From positions 5,869 to 69,868 of the forward strand of contig JBAZNJ010000001.1 in NCBI GenBank assembly GCA_041649315.1: a DNA stretch of 64,000 nt. Direction: 5' to 3'. The notes below the pieces were generated by a model. That model was not told where the DNA came from, did no database searches, and saw only the letters and a program-made list of their open reading frames with translations. The DNA comes from Patescibacteria group bacterium (lineage in GTDB: Bacteria > Patescibacteriota > Patescibacteriia > Patescibacteriales > UBA12465). A program made the position numbers and the translations under genes. Positions within the stretch are counted from its first letter, which is position 1. The number at the start of each line of letters is the position of its first letter. Below, piece by piece: positions 1-9,759 of this stretch.

Positions 1-810
1 ACGGACAATATCTTCCGGCGTACCGATGCCGAGCGCGAAGCGCAGAGCGTCCGCCGGGATAAAACCGGCCGTCCGCCGTAAAACCTCGCCTAAGAATTTT
101 CCCTCCTTATCAACCGGCCGGGCGCCAAAGCCATACCCGTCAAAACCGATCTTAACGAGCTCGCGCGTACAATATTCACGCAAATCAATTTCCGCCCCGC
201 CTTGAATTACCGCAAAAAGCAAAGGACGCTTTCGACCGGATAAACGATATTTTTTCAACTGTTTCTCATATTCAAGCTTGCAACGTTTCGCCCAGGCAAT
301 TGTCCGCGCCACGGCTTTTTCTAAATCCGGTCGGGAAAATTCATTCGGCGGGCAGTCATCAAGACAAACCATCATATCCGTGCCAAGCGCGAATTGAATC
401 TGAATCGATTTCTCCGGCGTGAGCTCATGCTTTGCACCGTCAAGCGGCGAACGGAAAACAACCTTATCGTCGCTAATCTTGCCCATGCCGGGATTACGAT
501 GAATAAGAGAAAAAACCTGATAACCACCGGAATCGGACAAAAGCGGGCCGGACCAATCCATGAATTTATGGATGCCGCCGGCTTTTTTTATTATCTTCAG
601 GCCCGGCTGTAAATAAAGATGGAAAGTATTAACGACTAAAGCCGCGGTGCCGGTCCGGCACACCGATTCATTATCAAGAACTTTAACAAAACCGCGCGTC
701 GCGTCCGGCATAAAAAATGGCGTCCGCAAAAAACCATGCGCGGTTTTAAGCGTTCCCTGACGAAGATTCGGCTTATGGATCTTACTGATCTTGAACATAA
801 AATTTTCCAT
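1..810 (-). CDS. tgt: tRNA-guanine transglycosylase (queuine tRNA-ribosyltransferase), N-terminal 270 codons; 3' end runs off the left edge
   Basis: Absent from the ORF track because it is edge-truncated. Manual reverse translation from the ATG at 810..808 stays open to position 1: MENFMFKISKIH...LRTPFFMPDATRG...LSDSGGYQVFSL...MMVCLDDCPP. These are TGT hallmark strings. It starts 3 nt after the stop of the upstream gene. Confidence 0.85.
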   Translation of the reverse strand, partial: MENFMFKISKIHKPNLRQGTLKTAHGFLRTPFFMPDATRGFVKVLDNESVCRTGTAALVVNTFHLYLQPGLKIIKKAGGIHKFMDWSGPLLSDSGGYQVFSLIHRNPGMGKISDDKVVFRSPLDGAKHELTPEKSIQIQFALGTDMMVCLDDCPPNEFSRPDLEKAVARTIAWAKRCKLEYEKQLKKYRLSGRKRPLLFAVIQGGAEIDLREYCTRELVKIGFDGYGFGARPVDKEGKFLGEVLRRTAGFIPADALRFALGIGTPEDIVR

Positions 811-813
811 TCT

Positions 814-2892
814 CTACTGTACAACCCCTGAATTATTCAAACCGGCAATATCATCATCCTCAAGCTTCGTGGTCTTAGCACTGGTTTTTTTAATAATCAC
901 ATCCTTGGTTTCTATATCCGTGGCGCTCACGGTCGAGCCGGACGATAAAACTAAAATCTTATTACGATCGGACTCAAGCGGAGTAATACTAATATCAAAT
1001 TCCGCGTCCGCCCGATAAACGGATAAGGGCAAACGACCGATTTCCCAGATTATCTGCCGGCTCGCGTCGTCATAATAAATCGACCCGACATTTGTTTCTC
1101 CGTTTTCCCAAATAACATAATCCGGCAAATCAAAGACCGCGCGCGCTTCTGCAAGTTCATGAAGATTATTTTCAACTGTCCAATAAACCCGGAAGCTTGT
1201 TTTCTGACCGACCTGCGGCGGCAAAGGCCCGGCCCCGACCGGCAAATTATTATCGTTAAAATAACGAATCCGTTCACTTAACGATAAATCACTATTGATC
1301 CGACTCGTAATCGTATTGCTCTTATTATCCTCTCCCTTGACCGGATTATTATTAACGCTATATTGGCCGTAGGCACTGATCTTTAAATCTTTAGAATAAT
1401 CACCATCCTTAAAAGGCGCGAGTGCGAGAGAAAAATCAATCGTTCCTTCCTGGCCGGGTTTGATTTCCGTTAAAGCCGGAATCTCATTCTTCGTCCAAAT
1501 TATCGATTGATTACCGACTTGGCCGCCGCGACTATTCTGGAGAGAATACCAATCCAGAAAATCGCCTTTAACCGCCGCCAATATCACTACATCATTGAAA
1601 GTCGTAATGCCGCGGTTCGCGTAACTTAAAGAATAATTAAGGGACTGGCCGAAGTTAACCGCGCCATCGCTTTTTGATCCATTTAAAATCAAGGTTAAAT
1701 TTAAATCACTATCTACTAATTCCGGCTTGAAGCTCTTTTCCCAAAAAACATAGCTTTGGCCGTCGGCTAAACGCTTTTCTAAACGAACCTTTATTTCTAA
1801 ATCATCCAGACGCTGGCCTACGCGATAGCTTAAAGGAATTTCTTGACGCCCGGTTCCCATCTTTAGGCCGCTAACCTGCCAACTCGTTCCCGTGCTTTTA
1901 CTGACCGTAAATTCTTCGGAAGCCGGATTTTCAAATTCAGAATCATTATTTTTTGACTTGGCATCATCATCCTTTGACTCAGAATTATTATTTGCTGTTT
2001 CTTCCTCGCTTCCTTCTTCTTCAATTTTCCCCGTTTCCCCGTCTCCTTCTAAAACCACTTCCGCGCTCACTTCCGCCGGCACAGAAAAGGCCAAATTAAA
2101 AGCACCTAAATAATTCTCCCCGATCTCCGAGAATATCAAAGTCATTTCATTGTCCTGATTTAAAAAAGCAGTTTTAGAATAAACAAGATCCAGGCGCCAG
2201 CCCGGCCCGGTCATTAAAGTAGAAGCCGAGGACTCTTTAGTGAATTGGCTCGAAAAATTACCCGGCAAATAGCTTAAACGGCCAGAAATAAGATTAATTG
2301 AATCCGGACGGGCAATAATCCGGCCTTTAATTTCTAAAATTTTAGATTCGTGTGGCGCTAAATCAGTTAAGTCCCAACCATAATTCCCGCTCACCGGATT
2401 CTCGGAAGCGGACTCAAAAATAAAATTCTCCGGATACTGGATTTCCAGGCGCAAATCCGATAAAACATATTTAGTCGGGTTGCGGTATTCAACTTTATAA
2501 GAAAATTCTTCGCCGGCTAAAATAGCTTCCGGCGCTGTAATCTTAAAATTCAAAGCGCTCACATCATTATCACCGCCAAACCAATAAGAATAAGCGAAAT
2601 AAGCGGCCAGGCCGAGCAAAGCTAAAAGCAAGAGGCGACGCAGGAGCCGGACAAAAAACGGCACGCGTTTTTTTACCTTCATTTTTTTAACATCAACCGG
2701 GTCGCCGTCTTGACCGGAATAGAACTCGGACAAATTTGATTCAATTTCCTGATCACGCGCCTCATGCCGCACCACGCGTTCAAAATTAACAACTTCCCTT
2801 TCGGTCGGCACCGGGCGCTCCACAAAAGAAGATAGATTAGAGGCCTCTTCCCGGCCGACTTTTAAAATTTTTCTGACTTTTTTTTCTGGCAT
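814..2892 (-). CDS. hypothetical membrane-anchored envelope protein (N-terminal TM, repeated beta-rich domains, acidic low-complexity linker)
   Basis: 692-aa ORF with an ATG start. It has one TM (LLRRLLLLALLGLAAYFAYSYWF) and an acidic stretch (EGDGETGKIEEEGSEEETANNNSESKDDD). I recognise no catalytic motif. Confidence 0.7.
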   Translation of the reverse strand: MPEKKVRKILKVGREEASNLSSFVERPVPTEREVVNFERVVRHEARDQEIESNLSEFYSGQDGDPVDVKKMKVKKRVPFFVRLLRRLLLLALLGLAAYFAYSYWFGGDNDVSALNFKITAPEAILAGEEFSYKVEYRNPTKYVLSDLRLEIQYPENFIFESASENPVSGNYGWDLTDLAPHESKILEIKGRIIARPDSINLISGRLSYLPGNFSSQFTKESSASTLMTGPGWRLDLVYSKTAFLNQDNEMTLIFSEIGENYLGAFNLAFSVPAEVSAEVVLEGDGETGKIEEEGSEEETANNNSESKDDDAKSKNNDSEFENPASEEFTVSKSTGTSWQVSGLKMGTGRQEIPLSYRVGQRLDDLEIKVRLEKRLADGQSYVFWEKSFKPELVDSDLNLTLILNGSKSDGAVNFGQSLNYSLSYANRGITTFNDVVILAAVKGDFLDWYSLQNSRGGQVGNQSIIWTKNEIPALTEIKPGQEGTIDFSLALAPFKDGDYSKDLKISAYGQYSVNNNPVKGEDNKSNTITSRINSDLSLSERIRYFNDNNLPVGAGPLPPQVGQKTSFRVYWTVENNLHELAEARAVFDLPDYVIWENGETNVGSIYYDDASRQIIWEIGRLPLSVYRADAEFDISITPLESDRNKILVLSSGSTVSATDIETKDVIIKKTSAKTTKLEDDDIAGLNNSGVVQ

Positions 2893-2916
2893 ATGCTTTA
2901 ATTAAATATTTAATTT

Positions 2917-5814
2917 TTAATCTTTTAATAAGATAACCCAATACTTATCCGAATCTAAATCCGTTTCTATTTCCCAACCGGTCTCGCCTGGTAAATCTTC
3001 CGGATGGCGCCAGAAAATTTCCTGATCGTCCGGAAAATAAAGGCGGCTGGAAAATCCTGCCGGCTTGGCGCCCGGCTGTTTCTGGACTAATAAAGAATAA
3101 GGGCGTAATCTTCCGTTTTCCGGATTAAGCCAATTATTTATCCGTTCCGCCCAGCTCCCTTCTTGATCGGACTCAAGCGCGAAAAAATTAAACGGCAAAC
3201 GATATTTCAAAATAACTGTTTCACTGCCGCCCGGATCAAGCATCAGCCAATTAGCAAAAACCGTTTTCCCGTTTTCCGAATAAATCCGCGTGCCGGAATC
3301 CGAATCAGTTTTTGCGGCCCGTTCCGCCGCTAAGAGCGGAATCTCTTCCCAAGAATCTTCCGGCCGCTCCAATAAATATTCTGGATCCGGCGCGCGCCAA
3401 CCCGCCGAACTTAAAAGCTTGCTACCAGCCGGAACATAAACGCGGAGCCAATCAACATTGCGGACGCCAGTCAAGGGCTCATTTTTTACCCCGCGATGCG
3501 TCCGAGTAATGGATAAAGTATTTATAACCACGCCTTCACTATCAACTTCGCTCACTAACTTTATTTCATCATCAATAACCCGATCCGTTTTTTGACCGGC
3601 GATATTAGTGTTCACGACCATTAAATAATCACCGGCCGTATCTTTTACTTCACCCGCCCAATTCCGTTCGGACATTTCCGCTCTCAACGCCGGATCAGAA
3701 AAATAGAACAGAATTTGTTTTTCGGCCATGTTTTTTTCAAAAATCGAAACAATCTTCAATAAGTTTTCCGGACTTAACTTCTGCGGCAAAATTTCCAAAA
3801 TCTTAACCATCAAATCGCCGATGATTTTCTTCGGCTTATTTTCCGAATTGATTTCTAAACCCTGTTCCAAGGGCAAGTCGGTCGCTATTTTATCAGGTAA
3901 TTCATTTTCTAATACATTAAACAAATTTGTTTTTGATCCATCAGGCAAATCAATTTCTAACCCGCCAGAGTAGCCGGATTCCGCAATATCTCTTTTTTCC
4001 GGCAATTCCGACTGAGTCACATTCAAGCCCGCCGCCAGTTCCGGATGGCTTTTAGCTAAATTATCTTTTTCCGTAATCATCTGGACCGTTTCCCAAAAAT
4101 TATCCGCGTCAATTGTTAAGCCGTATTCCGCCATCAAATCGATCGGCCCGCTTATTTCCAATAAACCCTCAACCACCGTCGGGGTCAAGCCGATAACGCC
4201 GTCAACGCTCGGCCCGTCGCTCTTCTCATAAAACCACATTAAATTTTTCGCCGTTGTCGGCCAATCCGGCCACCAATTCGCATCCCAAAAATGCCATAAA
4301 GGATTAACGAGCCAAAGCGGCTCCGGCGCCGCGACCCGAATATTTTTCAAACCGGCTTCCGTATCATAAGATCCACCACCCGGAACTTCTAAATTACGAA
4401 TCTTCCCGTCGCGCAGATCAACTAAAGCATAACTGCCTAAAAACCCGCCGCTCGCTCGCAATTCCGCGTTATTCTGGAAAACCAATAAATATCTTTTATC
4501 CCGACTCAATCCTAGAATTTCTTTTAGTTTATCACCGGCCGAAACAAAATTATCAAGATTATCCGCGAGCGCCGCGCTTCCCTGACTTAAAAAATCAAAT
4601 TTTTCCCGATAAGCGGACGGAAGATTATCCGGATTAATCTTAGCAATAACCTTTTCTAACTCCCGGGCGTCTTTAACCGCCGCCCGGCCGTAAAGCAAAA
4701 ATTGATCCAAGGAATCAGAAAAATTATTTTCATTTTTAGCAAACTCCGCTTCATTGGACTCCGCGGCCGTCGGGTCTAAAATGGAAATTTTTTCAAAATT
4801 ATCTTTTCCAAAATCCGCCTTGAACAAACTATCAGTCGCCAAAACTAAATTACGCCCCAAAGATGAGGCCAGGGCGCCGGCCGTTAAAAACTTTTTACTT
4901 TCAGCCGCCATTTTCACTTCCGGATTACCGGCTAAAGACGCTAAAGACAGAATCGCGTCATTAATTTTACCTAATTCCTCTTGGGCCGCTAAGAAATCAG
5001 CGCTCGCCGCCTGGAAATTAGAATCCGCCCCGCTTAAATCCCAACGGTTAATCGAATCAGCGGCCGCGAACAGATTATTAACCGCCGCTTGCGTCTGGTT
5101 TTTTATTTTCTCTTCAAGCTCGCTGAAATGGAGAAAGCCAAAGCCGGATAATATCTTAAGAGGGACGATTATTAGTAATAAAATCGCAGCAAAAGATAAA
5201 AGCGAACGATAAGGGCCGAGGGATCCGGAATCTTTTTTAGTTTCCGTCTTTACCCGGGAAGAAAAAACCTGGCTTACCCAGCCCCGCCGCGGCCGACAAA
5301 AACGCGCGAAGCGTTCCTCTCGCCGCCGCATAATTTCCCGGCGCCGGCGCGAGGCTGGCCGGAAGAAAAAAAATCTCTTAACTTTACGCTTCCGGCTATT
5401 TTTAATCAAAATATTCAAATTAGAAAAAAATCCTTTTAATCTTTTGCCTGAAAACCAAGATTTCCTGACTAAAAACGGCTTTGGTTTAAAAATATCTTTT
5501 AGAAAAACCCGCTTTTTTTCTTGCGATTCCCTAAAACCGGTTAAGATACGGCCGCCAAAAAAACTCTTCGGCTTCTTTGCTTTTAAAAACTCAAAAGAAA
5601 AAGATTTCCGAGATTCTAATCCCTTTTTCATCTTTAAGCCCTGGAAAAGATTCTGAAAAAGATTCCGAAAACCTGAAGTCTTAAATGATTCATCTTTTAT
5701 TCCCTCCGCTTTATTCCGGGCCGTGGCAATCGCTTTCAAATCCACGACAAAAGCGGAAGGATTCGCCCCCGGAGAATTAAAATTATCAGTTTTAAATTCT
5801 TTTTTCCTTTCCAT
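2917..5814 (-). CDS. DUF4012 domain-containing membrane protein
   Basis: 965-aa ORF. It has a basic N-terminus, one TM, and the DUF4012 signature region LLVFQNNAELRASGGFLGSYALVDLRDGKI. Confidence 0.8.
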   Translation of the reverse strand: MERKKEFKTDNFNSPGANPSAFVVDLKAIATARNKAEGIKDESFKTSGFRNLFQNLFQGLKMKKGLESRKSFSFEFLKAKKPKSFFGGRILTGFRESQEKKRVFLKDIFKPKPFLVRKSWFSGKRLKGFFSNLNILIKNSRKRKVKRFFFFRPASRRRREIMRRREERFARFCRPRRGWVSQVFSSRVKTETKKDSGSLGPYRSLLSFAAILLLIIVPLKILSGFGFLHFSELEEKIKNQTQAAVNNLFAAADSINRWDLSGADSNFQAASADFLAAQEELGKINDAILSLASLAGNPEVKMAAESKKFLTAGALASSLGRNLVLATDSLFKADFGKDNFEKISILDPTAAESNEAEFAKNENNFSDSLDQFLLYGRAAVKDARELEKVIAKINPDNLPSAYREKFDFLSQGSAALADNLDNFVSAGDKLKEILGLSRDKRYLLVFQNNAELRASGGFLGSYALVDLRDGKIRNLEVPGGGSYDTEAGLKNIRVAAPEPLWLVNPLWHFWDANWWPDWPTTAKNLMWFYEKSDGPSVDGVIGLTPTVVEGLLEISGPIDLMAEYGLTIDADNFWETVQMITEKDNLAKSHPELAAGLNVTQSELPEKRDIAESGYSGGLEIDLPDGSKTNLFNVLENELPDKIATDLPLEQGLEINSENKPKKIIGDLMVKILEILPQKLSPENLLKIVSIFEKNMAEKQILFYFSDPALRAEMSERNWAGEVKDTAGDYLMVVNTNIAGQKTDRVIDDEIKLVSEVDSEGVVINTLSITRTHRGVKNEPLTGVRNVDWLRVYVPAGSKLLSSAGWRAPDPEYLLERPEDSWEEIPLLAAERAAKTDSDSGTRIYSENGKTVFANWLMLDPGGSETVILKYRLPFNFFALESDQEGSWAERINNWLNPENGRLRPYSLLVQKQPGAKPAGFSSRLYFPDDQEIFWRHPEDLPGETGWEIETDLDSDKYWVILLKD

Positions 5815-5840
5815 CTAACTAATTAAAATTATTTATAAAC

Positions 5841-7040
5841 TTATTTGTTTTTTTCTCTTAAAACTTCCTGATAGATTTCCAAGGTCTGCCTAGCGCATTC
5901 CCACCAGCTATATTTCTTAACCTGTTCCCGGCCGCGGGCAATCAACTCATTCCGCAAATTTCCGTCTTCAAGTAATAACCGAATCTTAAACAACATATCT
6001 TCCTGGTCTTCCGGATTAAAATATAAGGCTGCATCGCCCAAAATCTCCGGCAAGCTCGCCCGATTCGAACTCGCGACCGGACAACCCTTAGCCATCGCTT
6101 CTAAAGGCGGCAAACCGAATCCTTCATATAAAGACGGAAAAACATAAGCGCGAGCGGCCGCATAAAAAATCTCTAACTGAGCATCCGGCACATAGCCGGG
6201 AAAGATTACCGGACTTTCCGGATCACCCGCCCGCCATAAATTTAAATCTTTTGCCGCTGCCCGAACCCGTTCATAAAAATAATCAATCTTGCCGACCAAA
6301 ACCAAACGCAAATCCGGCCGCTCAAGACGCAAGCGGCTGAAAACTTCAAGTAAGGCCTCTAAATTCTTATGCGGATAAGCATTACCGACATAGAGCAAAA
6401 AATCTTTCGGAATATTATATTGAGCCAAGGTTTCACTACTATCTAACTTAGAAACGAATAAAGAATCGCGGCCCTTGGCTAAATTAGCTACTCCTTCGTA
6501 AGTAACTTTAATTTTTTCCGGCTTGATTTTAAATTGTTCAATGATATCGCACTTGGCATGCTCGGATACCGTGATTATCTTAAGCGAACGATGCAGGGCG
6601 GAAAATATTACCAAACGATAAACTAAATTCTTTAAAAAATAAATCCAATGCGACCGAGTCGTAGCGCGCAGGGTCGGAAAATGCGTTAAAATCAAATCGT
6701 GGATAGTAACCACAAAGCGTTTCGGCGCCAAAAGAGGCACGTTAAAATGAGGGAAATGAACCAAATCTAATTTTTCCCGCCAAAGATAAAAAGGGAAAAA
6801 AATCTGCTCTTGCCAGGAATACCAGCGAAAAGGAACTTTAACTTTTTTAATTCCCCTTCCTTCGGGAAATTCATCAAAATTATCCGGGCTCAAAAAAACT
6901 ACATAATCAAAAACGCCGCGGCCGCTGACCGGCGGCGCCGCGTTCGTGATTTTTATGATATTATCAACCACTTCCTGGGTATAACGGCCTAATCCTTTGC
7001 CGATCGGCCCATAAAAGCGGGCGTCGATTCCTAAACGCAT
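5841..7040 (-). CDS. glycosyltransferase family 1 (GT4-type, GT-B fold)
   Basis: C-terminal motif FPSLYEGFGLPPLEAMAKGCPVASSNRASLPEILGDAALYF is typical of the GT4 E-x7-E region. Confidence 0.85.
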   Translation of the reverse strand: MRLGIDARFYGPIGKGLGRYTQEVVDNIIKITNAAPPVSGRGVFDYVVFLSPDNFDEFPEGRGIKKVKVPFRWYSWQEQIFFPFYLWREKLDLVHFPHFNVPLLAPKRFVVTIHDLILTHFPTLRATTRSHWIYFLKNLVYRLVIFSALHRSLKIITVSEHAKCDIIEQFKIKPEKIKVTYEGVANLAKGRDSLFVSKLDSSETLAQYNIPKDFLLYVGNAYPHKNLEALLEVFSRLRLERPDLRLVLVGKIDYFYERVRAAAKDLNLWRAGDPESPVIFPGYVPDAQLEIFYAAARAYVFPSLYEGFGLPPLEAMAKGCPVASSNRASLPEILGDAALYFNPEDQEDMLFKIRLLLEDGNLRNELIARGREQVKKYSWWECARQTLEIYQEVLREKNK

Positions 7041-7122
7041 GTCTTTAAAAATAATAAGGTCTGAAAATATTTAGAAAAAAATAAAAATCAAAAAATCTCG
7101 GAATCCCACGAAAATATCCAAG

Positions 7123-8571
7123 CTATTCAACAAATGGCAGATTCGGCGGCGGTCCGGCAAGCGGAACGGTTAAATCATGCGGGGCACTCTTAGCCCCCAG
7201 GGTTTCAGTAACATTTTCTGGGGACTGTGAGGCCTGAAAAATATCCGGCAAGGGCGCGGCTTTTTCTTCGGCTAAAGGCAAAGAAGCCGGCGCGTCCGCT
7301 TTGCGGCCCGGCGCTTTCTGAACCATGGCCGCCTTAACATTCGCTTCAACCGGAAAATGCCAGACCGTCGCTAGTTCCTCAATATTATAAACCCCCGGAT
7401 TCCGGCCGCGCGAATCAGAACGTTTTATATAAGCTTCGAAAATCTTCCGTTTCTTTTCTAATAGCCGCGATGCTTTTCGGAAATACTGAGCCTTAGTCAT
7501 AGTCATGTCAACATCCGGCTTAAGATTATTAAGATCTAAAGAAGCAAACTGTTTCATAAAACCAACAATACCATTCGCGACTTTAGCCCTATTTATCACT
7601 TCCCGTTTCGCTACATAGACCATTCGAAATTTCGCTTCAAAGCCAAGTTTCGAGGCCTTGATCTGGATTCCCTCGACCTGACGCTTCTCACCCGGGGTCA
7701 AATCCATCATCGTCTTTGGCTTGTCTTCTTTCTTGTCTTTCGGCTCAATCTCACCCCAAATCGGATAAACAACTTCACTTAAATCGCCAAGCGCGCCGAT
7801 AGCTTGCGCTCCTAACCCTTCCTTAGTCTTAACTTTGCGGCCGAAAATCTTATTGATTTCCTTTTCTGATTCCTTAACCCAATCAAAACCAATCGGAGTA
7901 ACGATTACCTGGAACCATAACTGTTCGCCTTGGCGCAAAGAGCCGCAAAGATCCATTAAAGAAGCCATCGGGTCCTTGAACTGGGTCTCACTCGGACCCA
8001 TCATATGTTCAAATTCCTGGTAGCATTTAATTGGATAAACCCAGGAATCTTTCTGAATAAACTCAACCCCCCAAAGATCATATTCCTCATTCGGGATATC
8101 ACGCGGGATAGTTTCCGTATAATCGTCAACTTCCGAAATTTCCGCGTCCGGATACTGCGAATAAACCGAGGACTCTACTAAATTTCGGAATTCTATCGGC
8201 GTCCGGATTAAAAACTGCGTATAACCCTCTAAGCTAACAATCTCGTAGCTGAACGATTTCTGGAACTGGCCTTCAAACCATTTTTCAAAAAAATTAATTG
8301 AACCGTGCGCTCCGGCCAAATAAGTAAACATATTTTCAACCGCTTTCGGCGACTGCTCATTGCCACGCGGAATATCAACCGCTAACAGAATATCCTTATG
8401 TCCCTTTTCCCATTGCTGTCTAACCCAAAAAAGATAGACCTGTAGAGCCCCAGTTAAAAATACTATAGCGATTATTAACCACCCGAAATTACCCATAAAA
8501 ACCCAAAACATCTGCTCGGGTGGCAGATTAAAAAAGCGGTCAATACTAGTGGTATTGATGACGATATCCAT
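7123..8571 (-). CDS. hypothetical membrane protein (N-terminal TM; conserved-looking but unassigned family)
   Basis: 482-aa ORF with a TM (FWVFMGNFGWLIIAIVFLTGALQVYLFWV) and no P-loop or other catalytic motif. The C-terminus is proline-rich. Confidence 0.65.
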   Translation of the reverse strand: MDIVINTTSIDRFFNLPPEQMFWVFMGNFGWLIIAIVFLTGALQVYLFWVRQQWEKGHKDILLAVDIPRGNEQSPKAVENMFTYLAGAHGSINFFEKWFEGQFQKSFSYEIVSLEGYTQFLIRTPIEFRNLVESSVYSQYPDAEISEVDDYTETIPRDIPNEEYDLWGVEFIQKDSWVYPIKCYQEFEHMMGPSETQFKDPMASLMDLCGSLRQGEQLWFQVIVTPIGFDWVKESEKEINKIFGRKVKTKEGLGAQAIGALGDLSEVVYPIWGEIEPKDKKEDKPKTMMDLTPGEKRQVEGIQIKASKLGFEAKFRMVYVAKREVINRAKVANGIVGFMKQFASLDLNNLKPDVDMTMTKAQYFRKASRLLEKKRKIFEAYIKRSDSRGRNPGVYNIEELATVWHFPVEANVKAAMVQKAPGRKADAPASLPLAEEKAAPLPDIFQASQSPENVTETLGAKSAPHDLTVPLAGPPPNLPFVE

Positions 8572-8597
8572 GTTAATATTTTATCATAAAGGCCGAA

Positions 8598-8626
8598 AAA
8601 AATAAAACCCGCTTTAGATAAAGCGG
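8598..8626 (-). terminator. rho-independent terminator after the 8666..9706 gene
   Basis: Hairpin ccgcttt-agat-aaagcgg (8609..8626). On the minus strand it is followed by GTTTTATTTTTTT. Confidence 0.55.
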
Positions 8627-8665
8627 ATTTTATTCTTATAGGATATTTTTATTGAATATTACCCA

Positions 8666-9706
8666 TTATTTCTGCCATTCTTTCAGGCCATAAGTCCCTC
8701 GATTTACTAAGATATAGCGGCTATCAAGAATCAGTTCATTATGGACGGTCGCGGCATTAGCCTTTTTCTTATCAAATTTAATCTCATTGATCCGATCGGC
8801 GATATCGGTAAAATGAAGCGGCTTACCTTCATGCTTTAAAATCAAATAAATTTTATCATTAACCGTCTTTGGCTTAACTTCGCCCCAATTCGCAATTCCC
8901 CATTCGCCGTATCTATTCTGCTCCAAATTCTTAATCGCCTGCATTAAAGAATATAAAACTTTGTTGCTATTAATAAGCTCACCCCAATCCGGAAAAATTT
9001 TACTTTTAAAAATCGGGGTAATATCCGGGTCATAACTCAATTTAAACTTTTCCTGATTCTTATTATAATTATCAAGCTGTTTCAGAAGTTCAAGTAATTC
9101 TTCGGTCGTAAAGGTTTTCTTTAAGGAATCAACTTTATTAATCAAATCCTCGGCTAATTCTTCCAAATGCGGCGTTTCCTCGTTCCGGATTCGGAAGGAA
9201 GGATGAAACTTACCTGAACCTTCGACTAATTCTAAATCCTCGTTCATCATTTTAGACAATAAGAAATTAAAATGATTACGATATTTCAAGCGATTGCTTT
9301 CATAATCCGGACTATCAACATTATTCTCATTATTTATTTCCAAACAAATAACCGTTAAAATATCTAAAAGATAATCGCGCCGAACCAAGCCGCCGTGATT
9401 TCTTAATAAATCCTTGACCGTATCTCTTAAGGAGCCCAAAGAGGTTTCTATATTTTCTAACTTTTTAATCTTTTTAATGCTGGCCGACTCAATCTGGCGC
9501 ACCCGTTCCCGGGTTAATTTATGCAAGCCGCCGATCTTTTCTAGAGTTTCTCCCTTGTCACCTTTCAAACCAAAACGTCGGGATAAAACATCTTTCTCCC
9601 GCTCTAAAAGATCATTGAATAAAGAATTAACGATATCAATCGCGTCAAGACGGATTAACTCCTCCTTCTTTTTTTCTTTAATCATCTTTTCTAATAAATT
9701 TTCCAT
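8666..9706 (-). CDS. DNA-binding protein with sigma-70 region-4-like HTH (N-term) and HARE-HTH-like domain (C-term)
   Basis: N-terminus: LSRRFGLKGDKGETLEKIGGLHKLTRERVRQIESASIKKIKKL, a sigma r4 pattern. C-terminus: KPLHFTDIADRINEI...ATVHNELILDSRYILVNRGTYGLKEW, a HARE-HTH pattern like the RNAP delta subunit. Confidence 0.7.
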   Translation of the reverse strand: MENLLEKMIKEKKKEELIRLDAIDIVNSLFNDLLEREKDVLSRRFGLKGDKGETLEKIGGLHKLTRERVRQIESASIKKIKKLENIETSLGSLRDTVKDLLRNHGGLVRRDYLLDILTVICLEINNENNVDSPDYESNRLKYRNHFNFLLSKMMNEDLELVEGSGKFHPSFRIRNEETPHLEELAEDLINKVDSLKKTFTTEELLELLKQLDNYNKNQEKFKLSYDPDITPIFKSKIFPDWGELINSNKVLYSLMQAIKNLEQNRYGEWGIANWGEVKPKTVNDKIYLILKHEGKPLHFTDIADRINEIKFDKKKANAATVHNELILDSRYILVNRGTYGLKEWQK

Positions 9707-9759
9707 ATATTATATAAAACCTTTATTAATTCTTCTCTAATCTATCACATTATTTTACA

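Noticed and set aside
394-824. ORF-track entries 394..612 (+) and 636..824 (-)
   Set aside because: Both lie inside the tgt coding region, on the opposite strand or in another frame. They have no motifs and are shadow ORFs.
4754-5212. 152-aa plus-strand ORF, together with many similar antisense ORFs (e.g. 15312..15812, 53467..53883, 53684..53974, 60650..61156, 36668..37009, 41124..41417, 51555..51839, 52455..52754)
   Set aside because: Each lies entirely antisense to a long gene with clear family motifs. They are Ser/Pro/Ala/Arg-rich low-complexity translations typical of shadow frames.
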